Of a stretch of 64,000 bases of DNA, positions 48,306 through 59,922 are shown one piece after another. Origin of the DNA: an uncultured Solirubrobacterales bacterium. GTDB lineage: Bacteria > Actinomycetota > Thermoleophilia > Solirubrobacterales > Solirubrobacteraceae. The DNA lies in contig CAWHRF010000003.1 in assembly GCA_963831725.1 (NCBI GenBank), forward strand, positions 179,859 through 243,858, written 5' to 3'. A model generated the notes under the pieces. The model was not told the DNA's origin, did not search any database, and worked only from the letters and a program-made list of their open reading frames with translations. The translations under genes and the position numbers were made by a program. Each line of letters begins with the position of its first letter. Position 1 is the stretch's first letter.

Positions 48306-49189
48306 CAGCGCCCAGCCTGCTCCGGCGCCATCAGCCGTCCGCTCCCGGCGGCCTCGCCGCTGGGGTCCCTACCGCCCGGCCCGCGCAGGATGTAGGCGAT
48401 GCCCACGGCGATCAGCGCGCCGGCCAGGGGGCCGACGACGTAGACCCAGTAGTGCTTGAAGTCGCCGAGCACTAGGTCCGGCCCGAACGAGCGCGCCGGG
48501 TTCATCGAGGCGCCGCTGATCGGGCTCGACCACAGGCCGGCGAGCACGATGTAGCCGCCCACCCCCAGAGCCGAGAACGTGCCGACGTTCTGCGCGCTCG
48601 AGGAGGTCCCGAGGATCGTGCTGACCAGGCCGGCGGTGAGCACAAGCTCGATCAGCATCGCCTGCCAGTCGGCGATGCCCGGCCCGGGCACGGTGGCGCC
48701 GAGCTGGCCGACCTTGCCGAACACCGCCCACAGGAACACGCACGCGAGCGTGGCGCCGATCAGCTGCACGACGATGTAGCCGAACGCGCGCTTCCAGGGG
48801 AAGTCGCGGCGCAGCCCGAAGGCGACCGTCACGACCGGGTTGAGGTGGGCGCCGGAGATGGCGCCCATGAACAGGATGATCGCCATCACCGTCAGGCCGG
48901 GGGCGGTCACGGCGGCGGTACGACTGATCTGACCGTGGCTGACGGCGCCGACGACACCGCCTCCGGCGCCCGCCATCACGAGCAGGAACGTGCCAAGCAT
49001 CTCGGAGAACAGCCGGCGCCACTCGAGGCTCGGGTCGTCCATGTCGGCGCGGTCGGGGCTCTCTAGCGTCAGCAGCGCGTCGCGCAGGCGGGTAATCTCA
49101 GCGCGTCTGAGCCGCTCCTCCCCGCGGGAGGGCGGCTGGGCGGGCAGCTCGTCCGGCTCCGATGGGGGCAGCTCCGCTACGGAGACCAC
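48305..49189 (-). CDS. Aquaporin (MIP family)
   Basis: SGAHLNPV and GASMNPARSFGP. GTG 49189 overlaps the end of the acyl-CoA dehydrogenase gene. Confidence 0.93.
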   Translation of the reverse strand: MVSVAELPPSEPDELPAQPPSRGEERLRRAEITRLRDALLTLESPDRADMDDPSLEWRRLFSEMLGTFLLVMAGAGGGVVGAVSHGQISRTAAVTAPGLTVMAIILFMGAISGAHLNPVVTVAFGLRRDFPWKRAFGYIVVQLIGATLACVFLWAVFGKVGQLGATVPGPGIADWQAMLIELVLTAGLVSTILGTSSSAQNVGTFSALGVGGYIVLAGLWSSPISGASMNPARSFGPDLVLGDFKHYWVYVVGPLAGALIAVGIAYILRGPGGRDPSGEAAGSGRLMAPEQAGR

Positions 49190-50397
49190 TTCCCCTTGCC
49201 GTAGCGCGCCAGCTCGAGGCGTGCCACCACGCCCCGGTGCACCTCGTCGGGGCCGTCGGCCAGGCGCAGGGCGCGCGCGGCGGTCCACGCGCCGGCGAGC
49301 GGCACATCGTTCGATAGGCCTGCGCCCCCGTGCAACTGCATCGACATGTCAACTACCCGCTGAGCCATGTTTGGAGTCGCGACCTTGATCTGCGACACCG
49401 CGCCGATCGCCTCGGGCGCCCTCTGATCCACCAGCCACGCGGCGTGCAGCACGTGCAGGCGGGCTTGGTCGATCGCGATTCGCGCGTCGGCGATTCGCTC
49501 GCGGTTGCCACCGAGGTTAGCCAGCGGCTTGCCAAACGCCACGCGCTCGGTGGCGCGCGTGCACGCCAGCTCCAGTGCCAGCTCGGCGAGCCCGATCAGC
49601 CGCATGCAGTGGTGGATACGGCCTGGGCCCAAGCGGGCCTGGGCAATCGCAAATGCCTGTCCGGCACCGCCGACGATCGCGCTCGCGGGTAGCCGCACGT
49701 CTGTGAAGGACACTTCGCCGTGGCCGCCCGGAGCGTCGAGGAAGCCCATCGCTACCAGCATCCGCTCCACTTTGACGCCGGGCGTGTCGCGCGGGATGAG
49801 CACCATCGAGTGCTGGTGGTAGCGGTCCGCGCCCGGGTCGGTGAGCCCCATGAAGACGATCGCCTCACAGTTGGGGTGCCCCACGCCGGTGCTCCACCAC
49901 TTGCGCCCGTTCACCACGACCTCGTCGCCCTCGATCGTCGCGGTCGCCTGCATGTTGGTCGCGTCGGAGGATGCGACCTCCGGCTCGGTCATGCAGAACG
50001 CCGAGCGGATGTTTCCCTGAAGCAGCGGCTCGAGCCAGCGCTGCTTCTGCTCGTCGGAGCCGAAGTGCCACAGCACCTCCATGTTGCCGGTGTCCGGCGC
50101 GTTGCAGTTGCACACCTCGGAGCAGATCAGCGAGCGGCCCATGCGCTCGGCCAGCGGCGCGTACTCGACGTTCGAGAGGCCGGCGCCCCGCTGCTCGTCG
50201 GGCAGGAACAGGTTCCACAGGCCTTCCTGCTTGGCGAGTGCCTTCAGTTCCTCGATTGCCGGCAGCACCACCCACGGGTTCTCCCGTGAGAGCAGCTCAC
50301 GCATGTAGGGCTCCTCGCGCGGTCTGATCTCACGCTCTTGAAAGGCGATCAGGCGCTCGAGCAGCTCCTGTGTGCGGGGCGAGTGTGCGAAGTCCAC
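49177..50397 (-). CDS. Acyl-CoA dehydrogenase (FadE1/ACAD10-11-like)
   Basis: NCNAPDTGNME, MTEPEVASSDA, QARLGPGRIHHCMR, LRLADGPDEVH. Leaderless TACGCT-N7-GTG. Confidence 0.94.
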   Translation of the reverse strand: MDFAHSPRTQELLERLIAFQEREIRPREEPYMRELLSRENPWVVLPAIEELKALAKQEGLWNLFLPDEQRGAGLSNVEYAPLAERMGRSLICSEVCNCNAPDTGNMEVLWHFGSDEQKQRWLEPLLQGNIRSAFCMTEPEVASSDATNMQATATIEGDEVVVNGRKWWSTGVGHPNCEAIVFMGLTDPGADRYHQHSMVLIPRDTPGVKVERMLVAMGFLDAPGGHGEVSFTDVRLPASAIVGGAGQAFAIAQARLGPGRIHHCMRLIGLAELALELACTRATERVAFGKPLANLGGNRERIADARIAIDQARLHVLHAAWLVDQRAPEAIGAVSQIKVATPNMAQRVVDMSMQLHGGAGLSNDVPLAGAWTAARALRLADGPDEVHRGVVARLELARYGKGKWSP

Positions 50398-50444
50398 CGG
50401 CGCGAGCGTACAGTAACCGGCGAGCCCCCAACAGAGGAGATGCA

Positions 50445-51455
50445 ATGGCTGCCGTCAACCATCAGTTTCGCCTAGCCGCGCGCCCGGAGGGGATGGTCGG
50501 GCGCGAGCACTTCGACTACGTTGAGGAGTCGGTCCCCGAGCTGGCCGATGGGCAGGTGCTCGTGAAGACCTCCTACATCTCGCTCGACCCCGCGATGCGC
50601 GGCTGGATGGCCGAGGGGCGCTCCTACGTCCCGCCGGTGCAGATCGGCGAAGTGATGCGCGCGGGGACGGTCGGGACCGTTGTCGAGTCCAAGGGCGAGA
50701 AGCTCGCGGTCGGCGATTACGTGTCGGGCTGGCTTGGCGTGCAGGAGTACGCCGTGTGCGACGAGAACGCGGTCTTCAAAGTCGACCCCGGCGAGATCGC
50801 GCTGCCCACGTACCTGGGGGCGTTGGGCATGCCAGGTGTGACCGCCTACTTCGGACTGCTCGACGTGGGCGCCCCCAAAGAGGGCGAGACGGTCGTCGTC
50901 TCGGGCGCCGCCGGCGCCGTCGGCAGCGTGGTCGGGCAGATCGCCAAAATCAAGGGTTGCCGCGTGGTCGGTATCGCCGGCGGGCCCGAGAAGTGCGGTT
51001 GGATAGTCGAGGAGCTCGGCTTCGACGCCGCGATCGACTACAAGGGCGAAGACGTCGCCGATGCCTTGCGCAAGCATTGTCCCGAGGGCATCGACGTGTA
51101 CTTCGACAACGTCGGTGGCGACATTCTCGACGCGGCGCTCGCACGCTTGGCGCGTGGGGCGCGCGTGCCGATCTGCGGGGCGATCTCCCAGTACAACAAT
51201 CTCGAGTCGGTGAAAGGCCCGTCGAACTACATGTCGCTGCTCGTCAACCGCGCACGCATGGAGGGCTTTGTGGTGATCGACTACATGAGCCGCGCCCCCG
51301 AGGCCACGCGGGAGATGGCGGGCTGGATCGCCGAGGGCAAGCTGATCGCGCGCGAGGATGTCGTCGAGGGGTTGGAGAGCTTTCCCGAGGCGCTGCAGAA
51401 GCTGTTCCGGGGGGAGAACGTGGGGAAGCTGGTGCTGAAGGTCGCCGACAGTTGA
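50445..51455 (+). CDS. NADP-dependent oxidoreductase (CurA/prostaglandin reductase-like MDR)
   Basis: SLDPAMRGWM, VSGAAGAVGS, FDNVGG, CGAISQYN, GENVGK; RBS GAGGAG. Confidence 0.93.
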   Translation: MAAVNHQFRLAARPEGMVGREHFDYVEESVPELADGQVLVKTSYISLDPAMRGWMAEGRSYVPPVQIGEVMRAGTVGTVVESKGEKLAVGDYVSGWLGVQEYAVCDENAVFKVDPGEIALPTYLGALGMPGVTAYFGLLDVGAPKEGETVVVSGAAGAVGSVVGQIAKIKGCRVVGIAGGPEKCGWIVEELGFDAAIDYKGEDVADALRKHCPEGIDVYFDNVGGDILDAALARLARGARVPICGAISQYNNLESVKGPSNYMSLLVNRARMEGFVVIDYMSRAPEATREMAGWIAEGKLIAREDVVEGLESFPEALQKLFRGENVGKLVLKVADS

Positions 51456-51472
51456 GCGCGATTCGTCACCAA

Positions 51473-51501
51473 GGTTTACACATCTGCTAAGATTGTAAAC
51501 C
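51473..51501 (+). promoter_or_regulatory. Inverted repeat upstream of alkB, candidate AlkX (TetR) operator
   Basis: GGTTTACA-N13-TGTAAACC in an AT-rich intergenic region. Confidence 0.65.
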
Positions 51502-51540
51502 GATGTTGAACGTATCGATCGTCCAAGAGGTGGCAGCGAG

Positions 51541-52755
51541 ATGAGCTCCGAGGGGATGCGGGCGTCGGCGCACGCACACGCGGCGCAGTCCTCGCCCACG
51601 CGGGAGAGCGCCAGATGGCACGACCGCAAGCGCTACGCGTGGCTCCTCGGCCTGATCGTGCCGCTGCTGCCGTTCATCTCCTGGGGTCTGGTCGAAGCGA
51701 CCGGCCTCGGCGTGTTCTGGTTCTACGGACCGGCACTGATCTTCGCCGTGTTCCCGCTACTCGACCTGCTGGTGGGGCTCGACGCGTCAAACCCGCCCGA
51801 CAGCGTGATCAAGTGGCTCGAGCAGGACCGCTACTACCGCTGGTGCACCTACGCGTTCCTGCCGTTGCAGTATGCGGGGCTGCTCTTCGCCTGCTGGATG
51901 TGGTCCCACGGCGGGCTGTCCACGTTCGACTCGATTGGGCTCGCCTTGACGGTGGCGATGGTGGCCGGCGTGGCGATCAACACCGCGCACGAGCTCGGCC
52001 ACAAGCGCGCCAGCTCCGAGCGCTGGCTGAGCAAGGTGGCGCTCGCGCAGACCGGCTACGGGCACTTCTTCGTGGAGCACAATCGCGGCCACCACGTGCG
52101 CGTCGCCACACCCGAGGATCCCGCCAGCTCGCGCCTGGGCGAGAGCTTCTACGAGTTCCTGCCGCGCACCGTGATCGGCAGCCTGCGCTCGGCGCTTGAG
52201 ATCGAACGCGAGCACCTGGCGCGCGACGGGCGCCGCTTCTGGAGCGTTCGCAACGACATTCTCAACGCGTGGCTGATGTCGATCCTGCTGTTTGCCGGGC
52301 TGGCGGTTGCCTTTGGGCCGGTCGTCTTGCCCTACCTGCTGATTCAGGCGGTGATCGGCTTCTCGCTGCTGGAGGTCGTCAACTATCTCGAGCACTACGG
52401 CCTGTTGCGCCAGGCGCGCGAGGACGGGCGCTACGAGCGCACCGCTCCCGAGCACAGCTGGAACAGCAACAACGTGGCCTCCAACGTGCTGCTCTACCAC
52501 CTGCAGCGCCACTCCGACCATCACGCAAATCCGCTGCGCCGCTATCAGGCGCTGCGCCACTTCGAGGAGGCGCCGCAGCTACCCACCGGCTACGCCGGGA
52601 TGATCGTGGCGGCGGCGATCCCGCCGCTGTGGCGGCGGATCATGGACCCGCGCCTGATGGAGCACTACGAGGGCGATCTCTCGAAGATGAACATCCACCC
52701 GCGTACACGCCGGCGCGTGCTCGCGCGCTACGGCTCGCCCGCGGCGAGCTCTTGA
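51541..52755 (+). CDS. alkB: Alkane 1-monooxygenase
   Basis: HELGHK, EHNRGHH, NYLEHYG, LQRHSDHHA histidine boxes. Confidence 0.97.
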   Translation: MSSEGMRASAHAHAAQSSPTRESARWHDRKRYAWLLGLIVPLLPFISWGLVEATGLGVFWFYGPALIFAVFPLLDLLVGLDASNPPDSVIKWLEQDRYYRWCTYAFLPLQYAGLLFACWMWSHGGLSTFDSIGLALTVAMVAGVAINTAHELGHKRASSERWLSKVALAQTGYGHFFVEHNRGHHVRVATPEDPASSRLGESFYEFLPRTVIGSLRSALEIEREHLARDGRRFWSVRNDILNAWLMSILLFAGLAVAFGPVVLPYLLIQAVIGFSLLEVVNYLEHYGLLRQAREDGRYERTAPEHSWNSNNVASNVLLYHLQRHSDHHANPLRRYQALRHFEEAPQLPTGYAGMIVAAAIPPLWRRIMDPRLMEHYEGDLSKMNIHPRTRRRVLARYGSPAASS

Positions 52756-53426
52756 GCGCAACCGTGCCGTCGCGACGCGACGCGCCCGGCGGCGCAATGG
52801 CGGCTGTGTCACCCGCAAAGCAGGCCTCGGCCAAGCCCTACCGTGTTGCCGTGCGCGAGCTGTTGCGCGACACGCTGCTCGACGCCGCGCGGAACCTGCT
52901 CGGAGACCGGCCGTGGGCGCAGATCTCGATGGCCGAGGTGGCACGCGCTGCCGGCGTCAGCCGCCAGACGCTCTACAAGGAGTTCGGCTCGCGCGACGAG
53001 TTCGCGCAGGCGTTCACGATCCGCGAGGGCGCCCGCTTCCTCGACGCGGTCGAGCGCGCGATCGAGTTGCATCTCGACGATCCGCGCGCCGCGGTAGCCG
53101 CCGGTCTCGAGGCCTTCCTGAGCGCTGCCGCCGAAGACCCGCTGGTAGCGCTGCTGCTCGCAGACGACGGCACCGGCGGCATGCTGCCGCTGATCACAAC
53201 GCAGGGCCGCCCGGTGCTGCTGTGGGCCTCGGCGCGCTTGGGCGACGCGATGCGCGCGGGCTGGCCACACGCGGACGATGAGGACATCGAGCTGCTCGCC
53301 GACACGTTCGTGCGGCTTGCGATCAGTTACGTGACGATGCCGCGCGACTCGCCGCGCGAGACCGCCGCCGCGGCCGCCGCGCTGCTCGCTCCGTACTTGG
53401 AGCGGGCGATGGTGTCAGGTGTGTAG
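52752..53426 (+). CDS. TetR family regulator, AlkX-like
   Basis: MAEVARAAGVSRQTLYKEFGSR HTH, VRLAISY C-terminus, directly after alkB. Start is TTG 52752 or ATG 52797. Confidence 0.88.
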   Translation: MSATVPSRRDAPGGAMAAVSPAKQASAKPYRVAVRELLRDTLLDAARNLLGDRPWAQISMAEVARAAGVSRQTLYKEFGSRDEFAQAFTIREGARFLDAVERAIELHLDDPRAAVAAGLEAFLSAAAEDPLVALLLADDGTGGMLPLITTQGRPVLLWASARLGDAMRAGWPHADDEDIELLADTFVRLAISYVTMPRDSPRETAAAAAALLAPYLERAMVSGV

Positions 53427-53539
53427 TACTTCATTTTTGCGCGATTCACGTTAGCGGCTACAAATGGTAGTCACCATAGTGAATTGGACAAAAAGGGAAA
53501 TAGTATCCGCAGCCACGGCCCGTGTCGACGGGGTGTTCG

Positions 53540-55513
53540 CTAGCCCTTGATCGACGGCGAGGTCGAGAGCACTTCGCCGTCGGGGCCCAGAGCCTGCACT
53601 GCCACGTAGGCCGGTTGGCCGGCAACCGAGATCGAGGTCTCAAACCCCGACTTGGCGGCACTCCCAGCGGGTGTCAGGGTTGTGGAGCTCGCTCCCGCAA
53701 GCACCTGCCAGCTGGCGACCGTGGTGGCGCCGTTCCAGCTTGCGTACACCGTCGTATTGCCGCCGGCCGCCGCTGCGGCAGCCACCGCCGGGGTGTTGGC
53801 CGGGGTACCGGTCCACTGGAAGCGATAGCTGCGGTAGGACTCGGTTTTGGCGGGCAGGTGCGCGTTGTAGAGCACCGTCCCGTTGGCGGCGTATTCGGTC
53901 ACATACGGTTCCGCGCCCCAGCCGATGAACACGTTGCCGTCTTCGAGCATCTGCACGCCGCCCTGGCTGCCCGCGGCCAACGGTTGTGAGTGCTCGTACT
54001 CGGACACGAGCGTGTCGGTCTTGGCTCTCGAGTTGACCGCGATCACGATCCCGCGCGACTGTGGGTGCACCTTCGGCACGCCGCCGTTGTCGAACACGCT
54101 GATCTCGCCGTTGGGCAGTGCCTGGGCGTCGTGCTGGTAGGCGGTGGCCGTGCCCGCGCCCAGTTTGACGGTGCTGTGCTTGCCGCCGATCTGCGCCGTC
54201 ACCTGACCGCTGCTTTCGCTCAGCTCATAGAGCGCGGAGGTGTTGCGCGAGGAGATCAGGATCGAGCCGTTTGACTGGGGATCGATCGAGTTGATGTGGA
54301 AATAGTCATACGGCCATTCCCCGGCGGATTTGACCGGCGAGGAGTAGGAGCTGGAGAGCGCGACGTGGTCCAGCGGCGCCCATTCGCGCCTGACCAGGTG
54401 CGTCTTGAGATCGATTTCCTGAAAGACGCTGTCGGTCACCGCTCCGTTGCTTGGGCCGCCCACCGAGCTGAGGTTGCAGCGAATCGGGTCAAAGGAGGTG
54501 AGCAGCGCCGTGTTGTCGGGCATGATGCGGAATTCGTGCAGGTCGGCAGGCAGGCCGTTGCCGGCGGGGAACTTGGCGATCTGCTGGTAGGAGGAGCTCT
54601 CGATCACCTCTTCGCCCTCGCCGAAGCCCTGCGGCGGGATGTAGCCCTGCCACCAGGTGAGCACCGGCTTGCCTTCATAGGACTGCACCTGCAGGTTGGT
54701 CGACTCGGTGTTCGCTGGGAGCGGGTCGAACCACACGAGGCTGCCGGAGCTTTCGAAGATCATCGGCCCGTCTTGTCCCACCCCGGAGTAGGGCGCGACG
54801 AAGATGTCGCCGGGGCTCTGCCGGGATGAGTCGGCGCCGACCGTGATGACCGGCACCTTGAGTTCCGGACGCGAGTGGAACACATCCAGTTCGCCCTGCT
54901 TGGCGGGCGGGTTGGGCGCGGAGGCCGGGCGTGCGAGCGGGTTCTCGATCGCGGTCGTGAAGTGGAACGCGAACGGCGCGGTCTTGCCATTGCGGCTGAC
55001 CTTGCCGTGTACGGTCACCGTCTCTCCCTGGTCGAAGGGCTTGCTGGGCACGAAGCTCGCGCCATCGCCCTGCGAGTAGGCCTCCAGGCGCCCTGGGTGG
55101 TTGCCGGTGCGCGAGCCTGCCACGGCGATGTCCGACAGCGCGGAGACCGGCGCTCCGAGGAAGCTGACCTGGGTTGCATAGGGGGCGTCGAGCGCGTCCG
55201 GCAGCGGAGAGACCTCGAGGCTCGTGCCCGGGAGGATGTCCGAGCGATTGAGCTGCGAGGGCACGCACTGCGGTGCGCTCGGCCCGCTGTAGGCGGCGTC
55301 CTCGGCCGCGATCCGCTTGGCGGCGAAAGCGAGCGAGGTGACTGTGCTCAGCACGATGCTCACCGCCAGCAAGGCCAGCGCCCTGCGCAGCAGGCTCAGT
55401 TTGAGCGTGTGGTTGGCAAACGGATCGCGCGGCATGCGTTGTGGTCGTATTCCTCCGGCTGTGGGCCTGTGCTCGCCCGAGCTTGTGCGCGGCTCGGGGT
55501 GCGTGGGTCTCAC
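53540..55513 (-). CDS. Secreted arylsulfotransferase (ASST) family protein
   Basis: KPVLTWWQG, DLHEF, DYFHINSI, ISSRNT, YQHDA, SVFDNG, YRSYRFQW, YASWNGAT; signal-like hydrophobic segment. Start uncertain. Confidence 0.88.
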   Translation of the reverse strand: MRPTHPEPRTSSGEHRPTAGGIRPQRMPRDPFANHTLKLSLLRRALALLAVSIVLSTVTSLAFAAKRIAAEDAAYSGPSAPQCVPSQLNRSDILPGTSLEVSPLPDALDAPYATQVSFLGAPVSALSDIAVAGSRTGNHPGRLEAYSQGDGASFVPSKPFDQGETVTVHGKVSRNGKTAPFAFHFTTAIENPLARPASAPNPPAKQGELDVFHSRPELKVPVITVGADSSRQSPGDIFVAPYSGVGQDGPMIFESSGSLVWFDPLPANTESTNLQVQSYEGKPVLTWWQGYIPPQGFGEGEEVIESSSYQQIAKFPAGNGLPADLHEFRIMPDNTALLTSFDPIRCNLSSVGGPSNGAVTDSVFQEIDLKTHLVRREWAPLDHVALSSSYSSPVKSAGEWPYDYFHINSIDPQSNGSILISSRNTSALYELSESSGQVTAQIGGKHSTVKLGAGTATAYQHDAQALPNGEISVFDNGGVPKVHPQSRGIVIAVNSRAKTDTLVSEYEHSQPLAAGSQGGVQMLEDGNVFIGWGAEPYVTEYAANGTVLYNAHLPAKTESYRSYRFQWTGTPANTPAVAAAAAAGGNTTVYASWNGATTVASWQVLAGASSTTLTPAGSAAKSGFETSISVAGQPAYVAVQALGPDGEVLSTSPSIKG

Positions 55514-55631
55514 TGGACTTGTACGACCCTACCGCCGCAAACCCTGGCTCAACCTAAGAAGTTGCGAGGAAACTGCGTAAGAACTTATGAAAGCAGCTGC
55601 TTCGGAGGGGGTCGATCTCCTCCGTGTGCGC

Positions 55632-57311
<1,680 letters not shown>

Positions 57312-57349
57312 GTGATTGCAAGATATCGCCTACCCACTGGGTGTCTCAG

Positions 57350-57373
57350 ATCAGCGCCCTCGAGGGCGCTGAT
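57350..57373. repeat. Perfect 24-bp palindrome covering the start of the downstream gene
   Basis: ATCAGCGCCCTC/GAGGGCGCTGAT; overlaps ATG 57372. Confidence 0.85.
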
Positions 57374-58451
57374 GAGAACGTGCATTTTGGGGCTGGCGTG
57401 TGCGCTGTCGATCGGTGTTTGCGCCTGCGGTTCCTCTTCCACGAGCTCCTCCCCCGCGGCGAGCGTCGCGGTGCACGGTGTGCCCACGCCACTGGCGCAC
57501 CTCACGCAGGCGACGCTGATCCTCGACTTCACGCCCAACGCGGTGCACGCAGGTATCTACAGGGCGCTGGCGGCCGGCTACTACAGGCGCGAGAACATCG
57601 ATCTGCACGTGATCGAACCGACCTCGACACAGGAAACGCTGAAGCTGATCGACGCGGGGAAGGCGCAGTTCGGGCTCGCCGACGGCAGCGACGTGGCATC
57701 GCTGATCGCCGGCGGCGGCGATGCGCAGGCAGTGATGGCGCTCGTGCAGCATCCGTTGGGAGGCCTGATCGCGCTGGCTTCCGAGCACCTGCACTCGCCC
57801 GCCGGGTTGGTCGGCAAGACGGTGGGGATCACCGGCGTGCCCTCAGACCTCGCGGTGCTCGACACAGAGCTGCGCGACGTGGGCGTGAGCCCCAGTCGCG
57901 TGCATGTGGTGACGGTTGGCTTCAACGGGCCCCAGGCGCTGTTGGCGGGCCGGATCGCCGCGTTCACCGGCTTCATTCCCGACGAAGGTGTGACGCTCGA
58001 CGTGAGCGGGCACCCGGTCACGTCGTTTGGCTTGGACGAATACGGCGGCCCCGCATATCCGGGACTGGTGGCGTTCACCACGCGCCGGCTGATCGCCTCC
58101 GATCCGCGGCTCGTGCGCGACTTCGTGGCGGCGACCGTGCATGGGTATGAGGACACGCTGAGGGACCCCGAACGCAGCCTCGAAGAGCTGCTTGTGGCCA
58201 ACCCCGCCCTGCCGCGCGCGCTGACGAAGGCGTCGCTTCGGGTGTACCTGCCGCTGTTCGCCGATGAGAGCGCCGGCGTGGGAACGGGCACGGGTGCCGG
58301 CGGAGACACGGGCGGGGGCGACGACCGTGTCCCGTTCGGGACGCTGCAGTCCGCGAACGTGGCGGCGATGTCGAAGTGGATGGTCGGCTCTGGCCTCATC
58401 CACGCGCCGATCGCGCCGAGTAGGTACGCGACCAACGCGTTCCTGCCGTAG
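57372..58451 (+). CDS. ABC substrate-binding lipoprotein, NMT1/THI5 family
   Basis: Lipobox VCAC; LDFTPNAVHAGIY...AGYY; GKTVGITG. Confidence 0.85.
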   Translation: MRTCILGLACALSIGVCACGSSSTSSSPAASVAVHGVPTPLAHLTQATLILDFTPNAVHAGIYRALAAGYYRRENIDLHVIEPTSTQETLKLIDAGKAQFGLADGSDVASLIAGGGDAQAVMALVQHPLGGLIALASEHLHSPAGLVGKTVGITGVPSDLAVLDTELRDVGVSPSRVHVVTVGFNGPQALLAGRIAAFTGFIPDEGVTLDVSGHPVTSFGLDEYGGPAYPGLVAFTTRRLIASDPRLVRDFVAATVHGYEDTLRDPERSLEELLVANPALPRALTKASLRVYLPLFADESAGVGTGTGAGGDTGGGDDRVPFGTLQSANVAAMSKWMVGSGLIHAPIAPSRYATNAFLP

Positions 58452-58605
58452 CCGTGGCGGTCGCAGGAGCGCGTCGCGGACTGTCATATGGACGCGCCGC
58501 GGCGGGCCGACAGGTTGCGGGAAAAGACTGAACCTCTCGAAAATGGCTCGCGCGCAGGCGATTGGGGTGCTACCTTTTATTGACTGCAAGGAGACGGGGC
58601 GTATC

Positions 58606-59586
58606 GTGCGGGTGCTGGTCACAGGAGTGAGCGGTCTGATCGGGTCCAACGTGGCGGCGGTCGCCGCGCAGCAGAGCTGGGATGTGCTCGGCTGCTGGTG
58701 TGAGGAGCCGGTCGAGCTGGAGGGAGTGCGGACCGTCGGGTTTGACATGGCCGACCGCAAAACGTGCGTGGAGGTGACGAGCGAGTTCGAGCCGGACGTG
58801 GTGGTGCATGCCGCGGGTGGGGTCGCGCTGAGTCGCTTTGAGCATGAGCCGTATATCGCCCAGATGGACTACGTGGGCGCCGAACACACGCTTGCAGCCG
58901 CGCGAGCCGTGCGAGCGCGGTATGTGCTGGTGTCCTGCGACTGGGTCTACAGCGGCTACCGGCCCGCCGGGGTGCGCTTTGGCGAGAACGATCTGCCCGA
59001 CCCCGTGAACGCGTATGGGCGCTCGAAGCTGGCGTGCGAGGAAGCGACGATGCGCTCGAACGTCCCTTGGCTGATCACGCGACCCGGGGAGGTGTATGGC
59101 GTGAACGTGTCGCGCCCGGCGCACGATCGACGCCGGGCGCGCGATCCGTGGGAGCGCTCGGGGCTGGCGCTGTGGCTGATGGAGCGGTTGCGCGCGCGCA
59201 CGCCGCTGCCGGCGCCGACAGGGGTGTGGCGCTGTCCGACCTACGCGTGGGACTATGCGCAGCGCGCTTGCGAGTTGATCGCGCAGGGTTGCGAAGGCGT
59301 GTACAACACCGCGGGCCCGGTGGCGCTCGGGCGACGGGACTGGCTGGAGCTGCTCGCGGACGCGTGCGGGTGCCCGCGAGCGCTCGTGCGCGAGAGCACC
59401 GCGGCCGCCTATCTTCACGCCTGCGGTGAGGATCCGCGGGTGAAATTGCCGTCGAATACGGCCCTTACCGATGAGAAGGCACGCGCCGCGATCGGCGTCG
59501 CGGCGGTCGCTCCCGAGCGGGGCGTGAGACTGATGTGCGAGCAGCTGCGCCACATGCGCGTGCCTGCCGGGTCCCAGGCACGCTAG
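58606..59586 (+). CDS. RmlD-like extended SDR (sugar-nucleotide oxidoreductase)
   Basis: VLVTGVSGLIG, VSCDWVY, PVNAYGRSKLACE, RCPTY. Confidence 0.85.
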   Translation: MRVLVTGVSGLIGSNVAAVAAQQSWDVLGCWCEEPVELEGVRTVGFDMADRKTCVEVTSEFEPDVVVHAAGGVALSRFEHEPYIAQMDYVGAEHTLAAARAVRARYVLVSCDWVYSGYRPAGVRFGENDLPDPVNAYGRSKLACEEATMRSNVPWLITRPGEVYGVNVSRPAHDRRRARDPWERSGLALWLMERLRARTPLPAPTGVWRCPTYAWDYAQRACELIAQGCEGVYNTAGPVALGRRDWLELLADACGCPRALVRESTAAAYLHACGEDPRVKLPSNTALTDEKARAAIGVAAVAPERGVRLMCEQLRHMRVPAGSQAR

Positions 59587-59627
59587 TCTCCGCCACTGCC
59601 TGTTACACAATCGAAAGGGAGCACTCC

Positions 59628-59909
59628 ATGAACAAGAGCCAGCTTGTCGAGGCGCTTGCCGCCGACAGCGGTCTCTCCAAGGCGGATGCCGGTCGCGCGA
59701 TCGAGTCGTTTGTGACCACGGTCGGCAAGACGTTGAAGAAGGGCGATGAGGTCGTGATCACCGGTTTCGGCAAGTTCTCGGTGGTGAAGCGCGCAGCGCG
59801 TCAGGGCGTCAACCCGCGCACGGGCGAGAAGGTCAAGATCAAGGCCTCGAAGGCCCCGAAGTTCACCCCCGGAGCGAGCCTCAAGCAGACGGTGCACCCG
59901 AAGAAGTAG
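59628..59909 (+). CDS. hup: HU family DNA-binding protein
   Basis: MNKSQLV...GFGKFSVVKRAARQGVNPRTGE...PKFTPG. Confidence 0.95.
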   Translation: MNKSQLVEALAADSGLSKADAGRAIESFVTTVGKTLKKGDEVVITGFGKFSVVKRAARQGVNPRTGEKVKIKASKAPKFTPGASLKQTVHPKK

Positions 59910-59922
59910 ATCCAGCACTGAC

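Noticed and set aside
53427-53539. AT-rich gap between convergent genes as a possible ncRNA
   Set aside because: No convincing stem structure or known motif; cannot be supported without covariation or expression data.
55555-55592. Roughly 11-bp-spaced TAAGAA/GAGGAA units upstream of the arylsulfotransferase gene
   Set aside because: Spacing is irregular (11, 12, 8) and the units are too degenerate to call a binding site.
57312-57372. TPP riboswitch upstream of the THI5-like gene
   Set aside because: CTGAGA occurs only on the opposite strand, the other conserved TPP elements are absent, and the gap is too short.
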